Below are positions 58,468 through 64,000 of a stretch of DNA of 64,000 nucleotides, one piece after another. Origin of the DNA: Candidatus Didemnitutus sp. (GTDB lineage Bacteria > Verrucomicrobiota > Verrucomicrobiia > Opitutales > Opitutaceae); NCBI GenBank assembly GCA_036499305.1, contig DASYDZ010000209.1, positions 12 to 64,011 on the forward strand, given 5' to 3'. The notes beneath the pieces were generated by a model that saw nothing but the letters and a program-made list of their open reading frames with translations, made no database searches and was not told where the DNA came from. A program made the position numbers and the translations under genes. Within the stretch, counting starts at the first letter, position 1; each line of letters begins with the position of its first letter.

Positions 58468-60720
58468 CTAAACCAGGCTCGTCGGATCGACGTCGAACGC
58501 CTGGATCACATCGTCCGGCCACGGAAAACCGGCCTCGAGGCCGACCAGCAGCGTCACGGCCTTGGTGACCCGCGCGGTGAAATACCAGACCTGAAAACGG
58601 TACTCGTCCTTCACCTTCTCGATCGGTGCGGCCACCGGACCGCGCACCTCGATCAGTCCGCCGGCGGCCGCCTCGACCCTTTTCGCCCACTGCTCGGCCG
58701 CGAACATCACCTTGTCCGGATTGCGTCCGCGAAACTGGTGGTGAATCAGGTGCCGGCACGGAGGGTAGCCGAATTTTTTCCGGACGGCCAGTTCCTCGGC
58801 GGCGAAGCCGTCGAAATCCGCGTGGCGGGCAAACTGGATCGCGGCGGCCTGCGGGGTGAAGGTCTGCACGACCACTTCGCCCGCGCGGTCCCCCCGCCCC
58901 GCCCGGCCGGCCACCTGCACCAGAAGTTGGAAGGTGCGCTCGTTCGCCCGGAAATCGGGCACGTGCATCGACAGGTCGGCGTCGATCAGGCCCACCAGCG
59001 TGACGTTTGGAAAATCGAGGCCTTTCCCGATCATCTGGGTGCCCACCAGCACGTCGATGCGACCCGCCCGGAAATCGGCGAGAATCTCCCGGAAGCGGTG
59101 GCGTTTCACCATGGTGTCCGCATCCATGCGCTCAAGCCGGGCGCGCGGCAGGATCCGCCGCACCGCCTCCTCGACGCGTTGGGTTCCCAAACCGCGCCAC
59201 CGGATGTCCGGCGCCGCGCATTGCGGGCAGACCGCCGGCGCTCCGCGCTCGTGCCCGCAAAGATGGCACTTCAGGGTTTCATCCGCGCGATGATACGTCA
59301 TCGCCACGCTGCAGTGGGGGCAGGTCTCGACATGACCGCACTTGCGGCACAGCAATCCCGATGCATAACCCCGGCGGTTGATGAACAGGATGGTCTGCTC
59401 GCGGCGTTCAAACCGCTGCTGCATGTGGTCGACGAGCAGACGCGACAGAGTGACCGTGCCCCGTTGCCGCATCAACTCCACGCGCATGTCGACCACCTGG
59501 ATGTCCGGGAGTCGGCGGTCATCGACGCGCCGCGTCAAACGCAGGCAGCGATACTTGCCGGCCTCGACATTGGCGATCGATTCGAGGGACGGTGTCGCCG
59601 AGCCGAGGAGACAGACCGCGCCCGCCAGCTTCGCGCGAACGACGGCGACATCCCGTCCGTGATACCGCGGGGTTTCGTCCTGCTTGTAGGCGGGCTCGTG
59701 CTCCTCATCGACCACGATGAGCCGCAGGTTCTGCACCGGGGCGAAGATCGCGGAGCGCGCTCCGACCACGACGCGCGCGCGTCCGGATGCGAGGGCGGTC
59801 CAGCCGTCCAGGCGTTCGCCATCGCTCAAATGGCTGTGCCACACGACCGGCCGGTGTCCCGACGCCTCGAATCGTCCCCGGAGGCGCGACACGCTCTGCG
59901 GCGTCAGCGCCACCTCGGGCACGAGGTAGATCGCACTGCCGCCGGCGGCGAGGACACTCTCGACGGCCCGCAAATAGACCTCCGTCTTTCCGGACCCGGT
60001 GACGCCGTGAAGCAGATGAACGGCAAACTTGCCCGCCTGCAGGCTGGCGGTCACGACGTCCACCGCGGCCTGCTGCTCTTCATTCAGGCGGGGAGGCACC
60101 TGGGCCATCACCTCGTGTTCGCTGTCACGATCGGCCCGGCCCGCCCGGTCCACCGCGCGGATCTCCTCGCGCACCAGCCCGCGCCGGATCAGCGCTGCGG
60201 CCACGGCCGGCCCCAGTTGCAACCGCGAGAGCGCCAGCGGGCGCGAAACCGGGCGGAACTGCTGGGCCAGAAACTGCACGAGGCGCGCCTGCTGGGGTGC
60301 GCGGCGCGCGAGCGTTTCGAGTGCGGTTGGGTCGACGGGGCCGGCCAGGGCGAGCAGGCGCTCGGTTTTCAACCGCGCGGTCCCGCGGACGGCGGAGGGC
60401 ACCATCGCCTCGAAGGTGGTCGACAGACGCGCCGCGTAGTAGCCCTGGATCCAGCGCGCCAATTCGAGGAGGTCGGGGGTCAGCGCCGGGAACTCCCGCA
60501 CGACGGAGCTCAGGTTTTTCAACCGCGACTCGGCCACGTCGGGAACAACGCCGGTCTCGAGGACAACCGCCGTCTGCACGCGCTTGAGGATCGGCACGCG
60601 GACCAGCGACCCCGGCGAGACCTGACCCTCGAGCTCCGCCGGGACGCGGTAGTGGAGGATCTTGTCGAAGCCGGCGAGGGGCTGGACGGACACGGTCACG
60701 CCCCAGTGATTGGGCCGCAT
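58468..60720 (-). CDS. priA: Primosomal protein N'
   Basis: [34 protein letters not shown], four CxxC pairs, [19 protein letters not shown]. Confidence 0.97.
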   Translation of the reverse strand: MRPNHWGVTVSVQPLAGFDKILHYRVPAELEGQVSPGSLVRVPILKRVQTAVVLETGVVPDVAESRLKNLSSVVREFPALTPDLLELARWIQGYYAARLSTTFEAMVPSAVRGTARLKTERLLALAGPVDPTALETLARRAPQQARLVQFLAQQFRPVSRPLALSRLQLGPAVAAALIRRGLVREEIRAVDRAGRADRDSEHEVMAQVPPRLNEEQQAAVDVVTASLQAGKFAVHLLHGVTGSGKTEVYLRAVESVLAAGGSAIYLVPEVALTPQSVSRLRGRFEASGHRPVVWHSHLSDGERLDGWTALASGRARVVVGARSAIFAPVQNLRLIVVDEEHEPAYKQDETPRYHGRDVAVVRAKLAGAVCLLGSATPSLESIANVEAGKYRCLRLTRRVDDRRLPDIQVVDMRVELMRQRGTVTLSRLLVDHMQQRFERREQTILFINRRGYASGLLCRKCGHVETCPHCSVAMTYHRADETLKCHLCGHERGAPAVCPQCAAPDIRWRGLGTQRVEEAVRRILPRARLERMDADTMVKRHRFREILADFRAGRIDVLVGTQMIGKGLDFPNVTLVGLIDADLSMHVPDFRANERTFQLLVQVAGRAGRGDRAGEVVVQTFTPQAAAIQFARHADFDGFAAEELAVRKKFGYPPCRHLIHHQFRGRNPDKVMFAAEQWAKRVEAAAGGLIEVRGPVAAPIEKVKDEYRFQVWYFTARVTKAVTLLVGLEAGFPWPDDVIQAFDVDPTSLV

Positions 60721-60807
60721 GCGTGGACTGGCAACGTGTTTTGCGGGCGGCGCGGACCGGTCCGTTCCGCATTGACAGTCGAAAATCCGACGCCTGACAC
60801 TGCGCCC

Positions 60808-61272
60808 GTGACAGTCGAGTCCCCCCGCGCAAAGTTCCAAACCTATCTCTCGGAAAAGGGCCTGCGCGTGACCAGCCAGCGGATGGCGATCTTCGATGCC
60901 GCGTTCGCCCAGAAGGAGCATTTCACCGCCGAGGAACTGCTGGACCACGCGCGGGAGCTGGACGACTCCGTCTCGCGGGCGACGGTTTACCGGACCCTTC
61001 CGATCATGACCGAAAGCCACCTCCTGCGCGAGGTGGACATCGGCAAGGGCGAGAAATTCTATCTGGCCGCCGGCGGCAGCACGCAGGTCGCCCAGGTCGT
61101 GTGCGAAGATTGCAACCGCATCTTCGAGATCAGCGCGCCGTTCATGGAATGGTATGGCAGCACGGTCTCCTCGAAGCTCGGTCTGAGGCCCGTCTCGCAG
61201 CGCCTCCAGGTGACGGCGCAATGCATCGCCTTTCGCACGCACGGGCGCTGCCCGAACCGGTCGAAGAAATAA
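60808..61272 (+). CDS. Fur-family transcriptional regulator (atypical metal site)
   Basis: [27 protein letters not shown]; tail of the long shadow ORF 58738..61272; GTG start inferred. Confidence 0.88.
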   Translation: MTVESPRAKFQTYLSEKGLRVTSQRMAIFDAAFAQKEHFTAEELLDHARELDDSVSRATVYRTLPIMTESHLLREVDIGKGEKFYLAAGGSTQVAQVVCEDCNRIFEISAPFMEWYGSTVSSKLGLRPVSQRLQVTAQCIAFRTHGRCPNRSKK

Positions 61273-61274
61273 GC

Positions 61275-61649
61275 ATGTCCCGCCCGCCGAAGATCGATCC
61301 CGTTTTCGACATCGCGTTCTACGAGCGCGTGCACTCGCGCGTGCCGGACTACGTCGACGTGATCGAGCTGCTCGGGGGCCTGTACACGAAGGCCGGCCGC
61401 ATCTCGGACGGACTCCGCATGGACCGCAAGCTCGTCCGGCTGCAGCCCGACAACGCGACCGCGCACTACAATCTCGCCTGCAGCCTGGCGCTGAGCAAAC
61501 GCCGCGCCGACGCGCTGCGCGCGCTGCGCAAGGCCGTCTCGCTCGGCTATTCGGACCTGGACTGGATGATGCGCGACCCCGACCTCGAGAACCTGAAGGA
61601 AGATCCCGAGTTCAAGAAGCTGATCGGCAAGCTGACACCGCAGAGCTGA
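61275..61649 (+). CDS. TPR-like protein
   Basis: PDNATAHYNLACSLAL...ALRKAVSLGYSD...DPDLENL. Confidence 0.8.
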   Translation: MSRPPKIDPVFDIAFYERVHSRVPDYVDVIELLGGLYTKAGRISDGLRMDRKLVRLQPDNATAHYNLACSLALSKRRADALRALRKAVSLGYSDLDWMMRDPDLENLKEDPEFKKLIGKLTPQS

Positions 61650-61661
61650 GCCCGCCCGCGC

Positions 61662-62633
61662 ATGTCGCACATCCTCGTCACGGGCGCGGCGGGTTTCATC
61701 GCGGCACGCACCTGCGAGATCCTCCTCGGCGACGGCCACACCGTCGCGGGGATCGACAACCTGAATGACTATTACGATGTCCGGCTGAAACAGCATCGCC
61801 TGGCGCGACTGCGGGAAAGTCCGGGGTTTTCCTTCCGGCAGGCGGATATCGAAAACGCGTCCGCGCTCGACGAGGCGCTGAATGAGCGCCGGCCCGATGC
61901 CATCGTGAACCTCGCGGCCCGCGCCGGCGTCCGCCCGAGCATCGAGCAGCCGGAGCCCTACGTGGCCACGAACATTCTCGGCACGCTGCGGATCCTGGAG
62001 GCGATGCGCCGCCATGGAGTGAAAAAGCTGGTGCTGGCGTCGTCGTCCTCGCTCTACGCCGGCCAACCGATGCCTTTTCTCGAAACCCTGCCGGTGAATT
62101 CCCCGCGGTCACCGTACGCCGCCACCAAGAAGGCGGCCGAAATGCTGGCGACGAGTTATCATCATCTGCAGGGAATCGATTGTTCCATCCTTCGCTATTT
62201 CACGGTCTACGGCCCCGCCGGCCGGCCCGACATGGCGGTGCTTCGCTTCTGCCGGCTGATCGACGAGGGGCAGCCACTCGAGATCCTGGGTGACGGCAGC
62301 CAGGCGCGCGATTTCACCTTCATCGACGACATCGCCCGCGGCACGATCGCCGCGCTGCGTCCGGTCGGCTTGGAGATCATCAATCTCGGCGGCGGCCGCA
62401 ATCCGGTCACGCTCACCGATGTGGTGGCGAGGCTCGAAGCACTGCTCGGACGCAAGGCGATCATGGAGTGCCGGCCGTTTCACCCCGCCGACCTGCACGC
62501 CACCTGGGCGGATATCGACAAGGCCCGGATGATTCTCGACTGGCAGCCGACGGTGGGCCTCGACGAGGGTCTCCAGCGCACCGTGGAATGGTATCAGGCG
62601 AACCGCGACTTCGTCCGCAGCCTGAAGATGTAG
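61662..62633 (+). CDS. NAD-dependent epimerase (UDP-glucuronate 4-epimerase-like)
   Basis: TGAAGFIA, NLAARAGVR, ASSSSLY, YAATKK, RYFTVYGPAGRPDMA. Confidence 0.92.
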   Translation: MSHILVTGAAGFIAARTCEILLGDGHTVAGIDNLNDYYDVRLKQHRLARLRESPGFSFRQADIENASALDEALNERRPDAIVNLAARAGVRPSIEQPEPYVATNILGTLRILEAMRRHGVKKLVLASSSSLYAGQPMPFLETLPVNSPRSPYAATKKAAEMLATSYHHLQGIDCSILRYFTVYGPAGRPDMAVLRFCRLIDEGQPLEILGDGSQARDFTFIDDIARGTIAALRPVGLEIINLGGGRNPVTLTDVVARLEALLGRKAIMECRPFHPADLHATWADIDKARMILDWQPTVGLDEGLQRTVEWYQANRDFVRSLKM

Positions 62634-62793
62634 GACGCAACCGGGTTCGCCTGGGAGAGACACCAGGCATTCGGTGCCACTGTGCTTCTCTCCGCGCGTT
62701 GGAGGTGGTCGTCGATGTCCCCATCGACGATATCCCGCGCCGGTGTGGAACACGACGCCTCCCCAAGCCGGATGGCCTTTTCGCGCCGGTTGC

Positions 62794-63825
62794 TCACCGC
62801 ACTCCAAATAGAATCTGGAGAACCGTTTCGAGGTCGCTTCCGGGCTCGTAGGAACCATGATGCTCCCGGACGAGCGACTTGCAGTGCCAGGCCCGGATGG
62901 CGGGCATGTCCACGGCGACGATCTTTACCGCTCCGCCGCGCAGCGAACCGAGTTCCGCGGCGGTCAGCGGAGTCCACGCGAACGGCAGGCCCGTCGAGTC
63001 GCATTCGAGTTCCCAGCCGGCGATCAGCGAAAGTCCCGAAGCGACGGGACGGCGGAGGAGCGATGGATAGCGGGTGATGAAGTCGGGGACCCGCGACGAC
63101 GCGATGCGCAACCGCACCACCGGATGGCGCTGATCGAAGAATTGCTGGAAGTCCCCCACCCGCCGGCTGCGCCATTGGCGGAGAAAATCCAGCGGATCGA
63201 CGCCCATCAGGTTCATGCCATTCCAGACGCCGTGTTCGTTCGGGCTGCCGAACCCGCGCCGGCGATACCAGCCGTCAAACGAATCGCTGAGGCGCAGGCC
63301 GATTTCGAAATGAAGATGGGCGCGCTCCTTCGGGACCGCGGTGCTGCCCTCGCTCCGGCCCATCAGCGCGATGACGTCGCCCGCCTTCACGGGAAGGCCC
63401 GGACGAATGCCGGTCCCGATGCTCGCGAGATGGGCGTACAGTGTGTAGACAGCGGGCAGGAGATCGGGATGCTCGATCACGATGTAGCGCCCGTAGTTGC
63501 TCGCACCCGGGCGCGGGTTCACATAGCGAACGACGCCGGACATCGCGGCCGAAACCAGGTCCGCGGGCTCGCCGGAGCGGTCATGGGAGATCGCCTTGAT
63601 GTCGATGCCCTCATGGAACTGACCGCCGGCGCTGCGAATGCAGCCAAATGTGCCCGATTCGGGGTCACCCGAGATCGTGGGCTGAATGTAGTCCTCGATG
63701 GGTTTCCCCATTTCCCAGGCGCGATTCGGCGTCGGCCATCGAAATTCCACCCGCGATGCCGGCTGCGCCCCCACCATGGAGCTGGTAAGCAGGAATAATG
63801 CAGCCAGGCGGTGCAGAATATTCAT
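62794..63825 (-). CDS. M23-family metallopeptidase
   Basis: Signal peptide; HEGID (HxxxD), YAHL, HLHFE. Confidence 0.9.
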   Translation of the reverse strand: MNILHRLAALFLLTSSMVGAQPASRVEFRWPTPNRAWEMGKPIEDYIQPTISGDPESGTFGCIRSAGGQFHEGIDIKAISHDRSGEPADLVSAAMSGVVRYVNPRPGASNYGRYIVIEHPDLLPAVYTLYAHLASIGTGIRPGLPVKAGDVIALMGRSEGSTAVPKERAHLHFEIGLRLSDSFDGWYRRRGFGSPNEHGVWNGMNLMGVDPLDFLRQWRSRRVGDFQQFFDQRHPVVRLRIASSRVPDFITRYPSLLRRPVASGLSLIAGWELECDSTGLPFAWTPLTAAELGSLRGGAVKIVAVDMPAIRAWHCKSLVREHHGSYEPGSDLETVLQILFGVR

Positions 63826-64000
63826 CGGGAACAGCGACGTTCGGGAGCGTGGGCGGGAATCCGGCCGGCGCAAACGATATGCCGGCCGCGGACTCCGCGC
63901 GAAGCGTTTTCACGCTCCGCGAATCCCCGACCCGGTGGCGCTCTCACGCGTGCGCCGGCACGGAGGCGTGTTTTTGCAACCGGGCGATGCCCGACTGCAG

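Noticed and set aside
62634-62793. Hairpin GTCGTCGATGTCCCCATCGACGA between convergent genes
   Set aside because: Probably a lone REP-like or terminator palindrome; nothing further supports a distinct feature.

Overview
High-GC bacterial chromosomal window, mostly housekeeping genes. Gene content and protein styles suggest Verrucomicrobiota (Opitutae-like); this is inference, not a database result. Recognisable loci include purH, pal, tRNA-Lys(TTT), an ECF sigma/anti-sigma pair, ruvA-dapB-dapA, fabD-lepA-lepB, galE, polX, menC-menE, guaB, purA, folC-accD, rimO, mpl, panB-panC-coaBC-coaX and priA. Main points: (1) a dif-like XerCD site at 17926-17953, across which KOPS (GGGNAGGG) motifs and local gene orientation flip, so the window probably contains the replication terminus region; (2) next to it, a type II fatty-acid operon (fabF-ACP-two CrtI-like FAD oxidoreductases-fabZ-fabI) joined to oleA-oleB with no oleC/oleD in the window, a candidate PKS-independent polyunsaturated lipid/hydrocarbon pathway; (3) a low-GC islet with a Zn-ribbon/HEPN-motif protein and a divergent membrane protein (candidate defence module); (4) a 32-aa K/R-rich ORF before rimO that is absent from the ORF track; (5) a coiled-coil+HTH protein with an H-NS-like layout; (6) several non-coding elements: REP-like clusters, a 137-bp MITE, a 6S-like hairpin and a structured panB leader. 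Start codons were adjusted by eye from the ORF track. No searches or computations were run; motif counts are by eye.
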